A stretch of 64,000 nt of DNA. It comes from Adineta vaga (Eukaryota > Animalia > Rotifera). The position numbers and the translations under genes were made by a program. A model generated the notes under the pieces. The model was given only the letters and a program-made list of their open reading frames with translations, did no database searches and had not been told where the DNA came from. The stretch is taken from contig CP075493.1 of NCBI GenBank assembly GCA_021613535.1, positions 6,262,001 to 6,326,000 on the forward strand, given 5' to 3'. This document shows, piece after piece, positions 1-11,990 of this stretch. Numbering within the stretch: position 1 is the stretch's first letter; every line of letters starts with the position of its first letter.

Positions 1-950
1 TGAAGGTTATGGTCAAACAGAATGTTGTGGTGTATCAACATGTCAAACATTAGGTGATCCAACTGTTGGAAATATTGGTGTGCCATTACATTGTAATATG
101 ATTAAATTAGCTGATGTACCTGACATGCAATATTATGCAAAGGATAACGTAGGAGAATTATGTATTAAAGGACCAAATGTATTTAAAGGTTATTATCGAG
201 ATGAAGAAAAAACACGAGAAGCTATTGATAGTGACGGATGGTTACATACAGGTGATATTGCTAAATGGACAGCGGTAAGAAAACGAAGTTTTATGAGAGA
301 TTAAAGTAAAATATTTGATGTTTAGACTGGTCAAATTCAAATTGTTGATCGAAAGAAACATATGTTTAAATTAGCTCAAGTATGTAAATATTAACATTGA
401 ATTCGATGTTATTTCTTATTCTCTTATATTTTAGGGAGAATATGTTGCACCAGAACGTATTGAAAATATTTACATTCATAGTAAATATATTGCTCAAGTA
501 TTTGTTTATGGCAATGGTTATAAGGTAAAATAGATGAAATGATTTGTTTTGATTCTTTATTGGTATTTTCATTGTCTAGAGTTATACAGTAGCTATTATT
601 GTACCTGATGCTGAAGTACTTGAAAAATATGCACGAGAAAAGAATATTTCAAGTGATATGACAGAATTATGCAAGAAAAAAGAAATCAAAGATTTAATCG
701 TTCGTGATATGAAACAATTGGAAAAAGAAAATTCATTGAAAGGTTTCGAAATGGTAAGTTATTTTTATTGCTTGATGAATTGTTCATAGTTAGTTTTGTT
801 GTACATTTCTAGGTTAAAGATATCTATCTTCATCCAGAACAATTTTCAGTTGAAAACAATCTTTTAACACCAACAATGAAAACTAAACGACCTGAATTAG
901 GCAAATATTTTGAAAAAGAAATCGAAGAAATGTATCAAAATATTGAATAA
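1..950 (+). CDS. Long-chain acyl-CoA synthetase (ACSL1/5/6 type), 3' part, multi-exon, runs off the left edge
   Basis: Motifs EGYGQTEC, GELCIKGPNVFKGYY, DGWLHTGDI, IVDRKKHMFKLAQ|GEYVAPERIEN and FSVENNLLTPTMKTKR, joined across short GT-AG introns; stop TAA at 948-950. Confidence 0.93.
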
Positions 951-1910
951 GATATTTCTTATACATTTTCTCATCTTTCCAGTCAGATATTGTATTCATC
1001 GAAAATATGAATATCAACTTTTCTTTCTCTTTTGTTTACGTAAAAAATTTTCCATATTTGTTTTATTCCATATATATGTGTGTGTGTGTGTGTGTATTTC
1101 AGGCGATATTATTATTTGCTCATTCTTCTCTAAGTATCATTTGATATGACTACATTGAATCTCGAAATAACTGTTTCTTTACTTTTGTCTTTTGTGTAAT
1201 CAACAGATGATCTTGGAGAATGAACTATGGAGATGTTTTTTTTTGGTTATTTGTTTCTTTATTCTCTTGTTTTTGGTTTTATTCTATGTGTGAGGGTGAT
1301 GTTTTTTTATATTTTTAACGTAACATATATGTTTCATCATGTTTGAAAAAAAATCAAGAAAATAAAATAAAAAAGGGTAACTACCATTTAATTAGATTGA
1401 TGTTGACAAACTCTAAAATGACAGATTCAAACAGACAAGTTTTACTAATTGACTGTAGAAATTGCGTGTTATTCACTTGAATCGGTAGTTGATATTCTTT
1501 AATTTTACATTATTACCATCTGTTTTTCAGTTATATAAAAGCTATTGAAGATCCATTCGAACATTTAAAACTTTTTTTCGATTAATTTTGAAACCTGACG
1601 AGAAACAATTGACAAATATGCAAAAAATTCTCTTAATTCTTTCTTCTACTTCAATGCCATTGATTCGTTTAATTATATAATTGATAGTCATTGTCTATCA
1701 TCAACTGCCATCTATCGTGTCAATGGATATGATTTGTTTGTTTTGAACAGCTGTATTCAAATGTACATTGTTCTTAGACTGAGAACAATATTTTCTCATT
1801 TGATTGATCTTTTCTTCTTTTGAATGGAATTAAATTATTCTTGCTTTTTGATATAATTTAGATAATAGATTCTATTTTTTTTTTGTTTAAACCGGTGTAC
1901 AAAACAGCAA

Positions 1911-2700
1911 ATGATGGATACAAATCGTGTAAATCTTTCGGCAAAAGATGAAGCTTTATTAATCTTAGAATATTTGGAGAATGAACAGATGTCGAAAACA
2001 TTTTTAAATTTTCTTGATGAAAATCAACATCTCACTCAATTACGTGAACGTCTCTACACTAATTATGAAAATCCCGATCGATATTTTATCGAAACGGAAC
2101 AAGAAGTGATTGATTTTCAAAAATTTTTTAATTTATCAAAACAGAATGGTGCGTATAAATCAAGAATTACATTTGTTTAGGGAAGAAATTGTTCAATTTT
2201 ATTTAGAACGTCTTGACCAAACTTTTTTATCTTCCCAAATCGATACTAATAATCCTAATGATTTATTTTTTGATGATGATTTTTTAAATGTTAATCTCAA
2301 TGATTTAATTAGTCAAACGCCGCCAATGGATTATCCACATGAACTACCAGATACACCCGTACCATCTGTTCCACCTGTATCTATAAATGAGAATGATGAT
2401 TTTAATTCTGCACTTGAACAATTATTTGCTATGCAACATGAACCATTAGCTACACCACCACATCAAATCGTTCAAATCGTATCTGAAACAAATCCTAAAC
2501 CATCATTTACGAAATGTATTGTAGTGACACAAGATTTTCTACAATCGATGTATACCCAACAAGCACCGCAATCAACAATCACAAGTAATAATCTAAGTTC
2601 GGTTCTTCGACCAAAACGTCGCCGACGACGATTGAAAGCTGGCAAAGAAAATTATCATCAACAACGAAAAATCATGCCGAGAACACCACCCGATCATTAA
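1911..2700 (+). CDS. Small protein with an N-terminal LisH-like motif, acidic middle and basic C-terminal NLS-like stretch (NPAT-N-like)
   Basis: EALLILEYLENEQMSKTFLNFLDE fits the LisH pattern; the two ORFs join in frame through a 58-nt intron 2149-2206 (GTGCGT..TTTATTTAG); RPKRRRRRLK near the C-terminus. Confidence 0.55.
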
Positions 2701-4268
2701 TAGTAAAATGAGATACATTTTTCTCCATCTATTTGTTTGTTTGTTTTTCTTTCTTTCTTTATCTCAAGTTGTAACTATTCTTTGACTTTATTTTTTTTGT
2801 TTGCTTATTTGCTCTTCGCTCTTTAAAACAACTTCGTCGCAGATAAAACCAAACGATTCTCGTTTTTCTTTTTTGTATTTTCAACATTGACTTACGTTGC
2901 ACGTTCAGATATGATTGAGAGGGAAAAAATACGATATATTTGTTACATTTTTAAAGTTAATTCATTAGATAGATATATATACATATGCATTTATTTTTCT
3001 TTGTCGATTTGATCATCAGTTATTATTAAACGAAGTATGTCTATTTTTGTTATATCATATTTCTTTCACTATTTTCTGAATTCTAGTTACTATATTCATT
3101 GTTCGGACATAGAATTAGTATCTATGCAAATAACTTCAAAGATTGACTCAAATTGAAATTCTAGTTTACAAAATGTATGTTTTTGACATGAATGGATTTG
3201 CATATAGTTTTCATACATAGCTAATCCTATAATATTATCAGTATAAAATCATAGCCTGGATTTAGATCGTAACAATTCTTTCAGTTTTTATATCATCGAG
3301 AGCAAACTGTGAATATAGTTTCTAAACATAGTACAAGCATTTGCTATATGAACACGGAAGTCTGGTTTATTACTGATATTATTTGTTTCATATATAATTC
3401 TTGATGGTTTGAAATCTTTTTAATTATCAACCGTGATATTTGCGAACAACATCACTTATATGATAACAGAAAATAAAACAATAAAGTTCGTCTTGTTTTT
3501 TATCGTCAATTGTCAAATATTTTGTTATGAAAAAATAAATATTTTACTAACATATTGTTATGTTTTACTTCTATGGAGAGAATGAATCAAATATCTGGAA
3601 TTTGTAAACTTATCTCACTATCTCCACGTAAAAAATTGCATAAAATGAAAGAAAATCATAACGGACAACAGAAAAGTGTCTGTGCTCTGAGAAACAACAT
3701 TGTCTTTGGACTATCGGTACATTATTCTTAATGTTAAATGATATAATGTGAAAAATCGTTTACATTTTTCAGAACACTCGTGAAATTTCATTGGTTTTCG
3801 CACATTCCAGTAGATTTTAATCAAACAAGTCAACAACTTTCAAATGCATACATTTTCAATTCTAAGAAAATGTAAATATAAAATACATACATTTTCTTTC
3901 TTTTCTCAAACGTAAATCATCGTCAATTTATGTAAAAAAAAGTAAAGAAAAAATATTATTTTATTCTTTCTTTTCTTCCTTTTTTCCTTCGACGACCTAC
4001 GCGCTATACTATCAAGTATTTAAATCACAAGCCTAGTTGAATAATAAGTAATATCATTAACTATTGACTGCGCTTATCATTTTATTACCTAGCTTCTTAC
4101 TTCACCTGTACATTCAACGACTAACGAAAAAAAACCCCGACGCAATCATTGGGTGCGTTGATTATTTACCATGCTTCAATTTTTATCGAAGTTAAAGTGC
4201 GAGGATTAATCATGTGATTCGTATTAATTAGTTTATTTTTATGGTTTAGAAGACACAAAGAATCGTCT

Positions 4269-5685
4269 ATGGAAGAAATACCGTCGACACCAGGTGTAAG
4301 TTTACCAGTAATTAACGATGAAGTTCAAGGAGCAGCATTATTCGATCAAACAGCTTTGTTTATGGAAGCATACGATTGTGCTAAAAATAATAATCAATGG
4401 AATAAAGTTACCGCAGCAATATCAAATCATCCTGATTGGTTAACACGTATTCCTCAAGGTTCAGTTCATAGATTATCGAAATAAAGACAAAATTTTATAA
4501 ATGTTGTTTTTCTTTTGAAAGGTCGCCGTTGGACAATGTTACATCAGATTGTCTTTTGTGGAAATGTTCCGCATTTAAATGAGATTCTTGCTTTTCAAAT
4601 ATCCAACGATGAATTTCGTCTTCTATGTAAATCGTTAGATGATAAAACAGTTCGTGAAGTTGCAGCTGAACGTGCACATCTCTATCCTCAAATGTTACGA
4701 CGTATTGAACGTCTTGTTGCGATTGATCAGTTATTAAATAATGCTCGTGATGAAAAATGGGAATTAGTAAAACAATTTCTTCGTCAACAACCTGATATTG
4801 TTAATGAAAAACCACCCTATAGAAAGTATTATTTAGCACATTATCTAGCATCAACAGGTCAATTGGGTATGTTTATTGAATTAAGTAATATATGTGAAAT
4901 AAAACTTGATTTAATTGCTGATCATAAAACGGTTAATCGAGTTGCACGTGAAAATAATTTTATTGAATTTGCTCAATATATTGAAGCTCTTTGTCCGAAT
5001 ATAAATGAAATCACAGAAAATAGTACTACAACAACACAATTATCATCTGATCCAGATTCACCAAATGTAACTGATCAAATCTATCTTAGTCATGGATTTA
5101 ATGATAATCCAGGTATGATGATATTTTCAATGAATTTCAATTCATTCGGTAATATATTTTTTTTATCATCGAATAATCATGTAATTAGTATTCATCATCT
5201 TCTAGAAGGTAATACTGATTTTTATCAAGATCAATATCCAACAACGACAGCATCGAATATTGGAAATGATAAAAAAGTCAATGAAAATATACTACCAAAA
5301 ATGACTGAAGAAGAACAAATACAATATGAAAAAACAGTAATCGAAAATATGAAGAAATGTTCTGCCGATAGTTTTCTTAATTCAGCAGTTACATGTTGTA
5401 TTACGAAAGCAATTCTAAGAGATCCAGGTAAGAGATTAACATGTTTATATCAATTCTATTTGTATTTGTTTAGTATTAGCTGCTGATGGTTTTACTTATG
5501 AACGTGAAGCGATTTTGAATTGGTTTGAACAATCTAATCGAAGTCCCATGACAAATCAAGAACTTGAAAACAAAGAATTAAAACCTAATCATGCTATTAG
5601 ATCGATTTTACAATCACTTGCTGAAACACATAAAAAAGGAAAACAATCATATGACGAATCTTCAATCAATGATAATACAAAGTAG
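4269..5685 (+). CDS. Atypical ankyrin-like repeat + U-box E3 ligase, paralogue 1
   Basis: Exons 4269-4458, 4522-5427, 5474-5685; two W..V......P.....PxR...LH....G modules; U-box TCCITKAILRDP|VLAADGFTYEREAILNWFEQSNRSPMTNQEL..PN. Confidence 0.88.
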
Positions 5686-5834
5686 TCATTTAGTGTTTCG
5701 AACTTGTCTCGATATTTTTTTGCTTGTTGTGTATTTGAAATTTTCAACAATATTTCATTGTGTCTATGATTTTCTTTTTACAATACAAGAATACAACTTT
5801 CTCATGTTGTTTATCTTCAGATTTGTAGACAATT

Positions 5835-6942
5835 ATGGATAGTGTTCTAAGTCTTCAGGAAGCTATCGAAAATGCCAAACAATTTCAAAATTTTCAAGCT
5901 GTTTTTATGGCTGTTACTCTTCATCCGGAATGGTTAGTTGAGATTCCGGAAAATCGAAAATGGCCTATTCTTTATCATGTTGTATATTCTGGTAATACAG
6001 ATGAACTTGATCGATTACTTGCATTACAAAAGATGAATAAAAATTTTCGTTTATGTTATGAAACACCATCGAGAGAAACAGTATTCACTGTGGCTAAAAC
6101 ACGTCCTCAAAATACACGAATGTTAGAACGTATTGAACGTTTAATTAAACTCGATGAAATGTTAAATTATGCGAAAGATTGTGAATGGGATCGATGTTAT
6201 GAGATTGTTAAAGAGAATCCGAGTTATAAAAATGAAAAACCACCGTATCGTCGATTTTATTTAATTCATCATATTGCATATGCGAAGGATAGTATCGAAC
6301 AATTTGAACGATTTAAACAAATTGATGACTTCCCAATGGATATGACATTGAGAGCTGATCGAAAAAAAATCAATGTAATTGCACGTGAAGAAGGCCATGA
6401 GGAATTCGCCGAGTATCTTGAACAACAATATTCGCAATTTTTCGATGATGACGATGATGATGATCAATTATATGAACCATCTGAACAAGCAAGACAACAT
6501 ACCGAACATGTACATCTTCTTATGGAGCAACGGAATGTTTTCTCAGAGAGTAATGTTGTCTGGGAACCAGCTATAAAAAAACAAAATCGAAAAGAAATAG
6601 ATGATGAAGTGCGAAAACAACAAGAACAAAATAAACCACGCAGTATTCCTAGAATTCTTACTGAACATCCGATAGAACATATTCGTAGTCTTCTAACATG
6701 TTCTCTTACAAAAGCCATCGTTACTGATCCTGGTACGTATGAATATTCTATTGATGGGATATTTTTTTAAATCTATTATTCTAGTCGTTGCTGCTGATGG
6801 CTTTACATATGAACGTTCAGCTATTGAAAATTGGATGAAAAAGAATGATTATTCACCCATGACACATGAAAAATTTGCTCATACTAATTTAAATCCAAAT
6901 TATGTAGTTAAACAAATTCTTCATAGTATTACTCAGAAATGA
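5835..6942 (+). CDS. Atypical ankyrin-like repeat + U-box E3 ligase, paralogue 2
   Basis: Exons 5835-6732 and 6785-6942; shares HPEWL.EIP.NRKW and NEKPPYRRFYLIH with paralogue 1; U-box TCSLTKAIVTDP|VVAADGFTYERSAIENW..SPMT. Confidence 0.88.
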
Positions 6943-7352
6943 TTTTGATTTCACGCGTCTGTGATATGACTTTTGAATGAATTCAATGTTTGAAATAAAT
7001 ATTCTCAGAATGATATTTTATGATTTTAGGTACTATCATTTTTTCTGCATCTATTGCGAATGTCTATTTCTAAAATAGATTCGGTTTAATTGATAGCAAT
7101 TATCGATTGATTCGAAGGCAAATGTAAGCTTGTTTATGTAATATTTATTTTTCAATTAACATTAGTCATTATTTCGATGATTAGAAATATAACATTTGAT
7201 TTATAGAATGTATGAAAGGATAGAATGGAAACAAATCAATGTGAAACTATTTGCTCCCGAAGCATTTTTCTTGTCTCTCATGATGTATGTATCATTCAGT
7301 CTGATTTATTAAATACTATTTTTTATTCTAGATATCAATCGAAAAGATTGTT

Positions 7353-8507
7353 ATGACGTCGACTAATGATAATAACGTAAATAGTCTGCCAACATCACTT
7401 GAAATGATTACTAGTTTAGCGCGTTCAAATCGTGAATGGAATACTGTTTATCAATATATTTCTCGTCATCCAAATGATTTCTTTGTTATCTTACCTGGTC
7501 GTCGATATGCCATTGCTCATCAAGTAGTCTATCATGGAAATGTTGCTTTTTTCAAATGTTTTCTTGCTCTTTTTTCTGCAAATCAAATCAATCTTGATTG
7601 TAAAACGAATGACGATAAAACCTTTCTCGATATAGCTAGAGAAAAACAAACGATTTATCCAGATATGTACACCTATGTTGAATATTTGTACGCATACAAT
7701 CAATTAATTAATGAAGTACGAAATCAAAATTGGTCTTCGATCATTGGTATGCTCAATGAAAATAATCAATTAATCAATCAAAAACCACCTCATATATCAT
7801 GTTTTCTCTTACATTACATAGTTGAATATGGTAACGCACAAGTTCTAGAAGATTTATTAAATCAATTTCGTTTTCAAACAAATGTAAAAAATAGTGACGA
7901 TGAAACTCCATTAGATATGGCAACTAGATTGTGTAAACATGATATGTGTTCTATATTGCACGCTAAAACAAACATTCAATCGCAGTCTCATCCTAATCAA
8001 TCAAAATCCTTGTTTTGTTTACCTATTGAACCTGCACATTGTCACTCATCGAAATTGTCCTTACCAACAGCTCAATTATCTGAAAATGAATGTGACAATT
8101 TAGCACAAAATGTTAAACGAGACAGTCGAAGTATGAAGGAAACACGAAGTGTTTCTGATGTTGCTTTGAATCAGTCACGTCCACTTTGTCTAGGATCAAT
8201 TCAACATCGATTTACTAGAAAATCGATTATTAGCGAAGAATCTTGGTCTGATGAAGATTCTTCATCATCATCAACAACAAAATCCTCTTTATCAAATCAA
8301 GAATTAATGAAAACTTTAATATGTCCTTTAACAGATAAAATCTTTGTGGATCCAGTTATTGCTAATGATGGTTATACCTACGAACGTACCGCTATTCTTG
8401 ATTGGGTTAATAAATACCATACATCACCAAAGACGAATGTAGCTATGGATGCAACATTTACAGATAATAAAGAAATAAAAAACATTATACAATCAATGCG
8501 CAGCTAA
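7353..8507 (+). CDS. Atypical ankyrin-like repeat + U-box E3 ligase, paralogue 3 (intronless CDS)
   Basis: Single ORF with the same two modules plus a canonical ankyrin TNVKNSDDETPLDMA; U-box ICPLTDKIFVDPVIANDGYTYERTAILDW..SPKTN. Confidence 0.88.
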   Translation: MTSTNDNNVNSLPTSLEMITSLARSNREWNTVYQYISRHPNDFFVILPGRRYAIAHQVVYHGNVAFFKCFLALFSANQINLDCKTNDDKTFLDIAREKQTIYPDMYTYVEYLYAYNQLINEVRNQNWSSIIGMLNENNQLINQKPPHISCFLLHYIVEYGNAQVLEDLLNQFRFQTNVKNSDDETPLDMATRLCKHDMCSILHAKTNIQSQSHPNQSKSLFCLPIEPAHCHSSKLSLPTAQLSENECDNLAQNVKRDSRSMKETRSVSDVALNQSRPLCLGSIQHRFTRKSIISEESWSDEDSSSSSTTKSSLSNQELMKTLICPLTDKIFVDPVIANDGYTYERTAILDWVNKYHTSPKTNVAMDATFTDNKEIKNIIQSMRS

Positions 8508-8818
8508 TGTTAACATTTGCAATGCGTCAATAAGTATCTGTGATTATATTTTTAGAGACAAAGAAGAGTCATCTAATACTCAAGACTATATAGTGTCGTT
8601 TCTTTTTGATTTTGTTTATCTTAAAAGTTAATTCATAGTGATTCTAAGAGAATGTCTAACATATTTTTATAAGCTTCTTTTTTATTTAAAAACGATAGAA
8701 GACGTCCTTAACACATGGTCTTTATGTCTGAGTATTTACAACTGAAATGTTGATATTCCGAAGAGATACATTTGATTGTCCTAAATCGGATAAGCAAGAG
8801 TGTTGAAAACTCTATCGT

Positions 8819-9369
8819 TTAATATGTTGGATAATAATCATAAACAGTCGGCGATACCCATGGCCAATTCGTTGGAGATGGTATTGGTGGTATTTGAGTA
8901 TTTGCATAAGACTGTGATTGCATTGAAAGTGCTCGTTGTTCGAGTTCATCTGCTAGATGAATTTTTTGAGGTTCATTCCATAATGTTGAATATGGTTGAG
9001 TTTGATTTCGAATTAAATAACGTTTTGCACGTTTTGGATGTGTATTTTGTGTACGATTTCGTTTATTCGAAAACCATGCCTTCACTTGCGATTCTTTGAT
9101 TTCACCATTTGTTGCTAGATAATCCAAGTCATTTCGATTTGGATATGGATTATCTTCATTAGCGTCAAACCAAGCATTCATTAAACGAACAGCTTTTTCT
9201 GGTAATTGTTTGCTAGGTTTTGTTATGGAACGTTGGGTTCGATTTGTAGTATTCACTGTCACAGTTGTTTCATTCTAAAGACAAACAAGAGGTTTTTCAA
9301 AATAGATTTTTCATCTTTTCTTACTTTGTTATCATTTGAGAATTGTTGATCATTGTACGATGAAAACAT
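8819..9369 (-). CDS. Divergent TALE-class homeodomain protein
   Basis: LPEKAVRLMNAWFDANEDNPYP...QVKAWFSNKRNR (PYP loop extension, WFxNxR); first exon 9369-9325 (MFSSYNDQQFSNDNK), phase-0 intron 9275-9324. Confidence 0.85.
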
Positions 9370-9636
9370 GATGATAGAATTATTTACTTGTTGAATGAAA
9401 TTTTCAATGTATCTTCACGCATCTATATATCAATTCAAAAATATATCTATTGATTTTTTTCTCATTGATTTCGTCCAACCAAAATGATTACTCATGGTGA
9501 CGAAATTATTAGATGCGCACCACATTAATTGATATCTCGAATGAAGCATGGAACTGATAGAAAATTTATTCTTTTCTCTACGAAACAATTAGACCAATGT
9601 AATTATGTGTTAATCTCTTGCTCATTTTTAGATACG

Positions 9637-10627
9637 ATGCAGGAACAGTCGCAAGATTTTGACCAAATTCGTGAACAATTGATTGTTTTACGAAAAGAAA
9701 ATCATCAGTTAAAATTATACATAACTGCAAATGAACAACAACAAAAGATGCAATTGAAAGAGTATGAAGATGAATTAGAAAAATTACAAAATTTATTAAA
9801 TGATGCACGATTACGATTGACCGAAGGAAGTGAAATGATTAGAAAATTACAACAACATTTAAAAATTTGCCGAGAAAAAGTTGAATAAATTCACGTTTTT
9901 TTGATAAACAGATACAAGTCTATTTTTCCATTTTTAGTTATCAGAAAAATCGAAATTGATTGTTGCAAAAGACGAAAGACTTCACGATTGTCAATTACAT
10001 ATTCATCAACTCAATGATATGATAAAACAATCATTAAATGTAAGTCAAAGAACCTTACTGTATACCAAATATTATTCTGATTTACAAGTTACCATGATCT
10101 ACGACCTCTTTACTTCCTGTCTATTTATAGCTTGAGTTCAAACTAATCAACATGATTGATAGGATCATACTTTTCATAATTCTTTCAAAAAATAATCGTC
10201 AAATTTTATTCCGAAAATGGATAATTAATATGTTCTGTTGAGTTTTCTCTTTTTAAATAGATTAGAAATCATACCTACTTGTTAAGAATTCTTTTCTTCA
10301 TGGAAAAAGGTCAGATCAAAAGAGCATGAAGTTTCGATTTTATTTCTACCTTGTTCATTTTCCAGGTACTATCTAATTTAAACTAGAATCGAGTGTAAAT
10401 AGCCGAAAAGAAATCATTGGTTAGATCTTTTGTTTTAGTTTTCTCAACGACAGAAAATTGATGTAGCAATACAAACATCACCAGGACTTTCAACGCCACG
10501 TCGTACTGTTCGATTCAATCTTGATAAAGAAAAGTTTGTAATTGATTTATTCTTTCTAGTTTTGATATCATTTGATCTATTTAGTTGTCCAATTGATGCA
10601 AAATATTTTCAATCAACAAATCAATGA
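9637..10627 (+). CDS. Small orphan coiled-coil protein, multi-exon
   Basis: Heptad-rich first coding exon; later exons encode QKIDVAIQTSPGLSTPRRTVRFNL; stop TGA at 10625-10627; internal exons not fully resolved. Confidence 0.5.
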
Positions 10628-11990
10628 TTGAAATATGAACATTCTCTCTCATTTTCTCTCGTATTATACTTGAAAAATTCTATCTCGATCAGAAAATTAA
10701 AGATAAATATTTTCCTAAGTTCCTCGGAGCTTTCAGATCTTATCAAAAGATTGTACATATGCTTTAGTTAATTCAATATATTATACTAGGGAATTTGATT
10801 AATTGATAGCAAACATTTGAGTTGATATCTGAGAAGGATAGTAAAAAAAATACGAGACTTAATTTATCAAGTTGATACAATCTGACTTTGTTATGTTGTT
10901 AGATAATTGGCAAGTTCATGACATGAATGAATATCAAATGTTCATCGTTTTGATTCATTTTCATGCTTTCGTTCTTTTGTTATTATTAAACGGAAATCCT
11001 AAGAATAATATACCGTAGTCAACTGAAATGAGTCAGTGAGTCCTTCCCTGTCTTAGATCAATAAATGTTATATTAAGGGAATATATTTGTTCAAAGTAAC
11101 TTCTAGCATTCTTTTTCTCCTCTCAAACTAGAAAGATAAAAATCGACTGTTATTATTTTTCACAGATGAACGCCTATTTCATTTGAAGTTTATCAGATCA
11201 TTTACCTTTTTCTTCATTAATCTTAACCTTGTTAGAAAAAAAAACTTATTTGTCATATTTTCTTTTTTTCTTGTAATACTGTCCCAAAATTTGGTTTTTG
11301 ACAAGAGAAGTCAACACAGTGATGTAGAAAAAAAAGAGAAAGGAGAGAGAGAGAAAGAAAGAACAACAATTAGCTATACAAAAACAAAGAAAGAACATGA
11401 ATGCCATCAATCGAAGATCTTTCAAGATATTTTTTGCGTTTTTAAGCAACAAACAAACACATACATGCAGCATTCCATGTCACTGTTCGTTTAAATGCAG
11501 ACGGAGACGACTAAGAAGAAGAAAAAGAAAGAACCAGAGAGAGAGAGAGAGAGAAAACCGCGCATACACACACACACACACAAACAGAGATACACATACA
11601 CAACAATAGACAAGAGAGAAGAAAAAGATGAATTCATCACAGTTGAGAGACGGGGAATCGAATGTCGCGGGCACGTATGAGAAAATTTATATGTCTAAAC
11701 ATTGACGAAATATTCTGTAGAAAAATATACATATAAAGAAATACTTTGATTCAAACAGCGGGTGATGATGTATTAGACATCTGATTTGATTTTTAATTGT
11801 ATGTAAGAAATTTTCGTTTGGGTCAACGTCGGCGCATAAACGCGACAATGGTGCGTCCACACTGTGGAATGTGTCGTGAAGACAGATAGAGAGAGAAAGA
11901 GAAAGAAAGAAAGAGACAAAAAAAATGTTTCCACAAGTTGAAAAATGAATAAAGAATAAAACGACAACCGGGTAGGCGATTGATTGAAAG

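Noticed and set aside
2110-2206. Overlapping ORFs suggesting a frameshift in the LisH gene
   Set aside because: A 58-nt GT-AG intron (2149-2206) restores the frame
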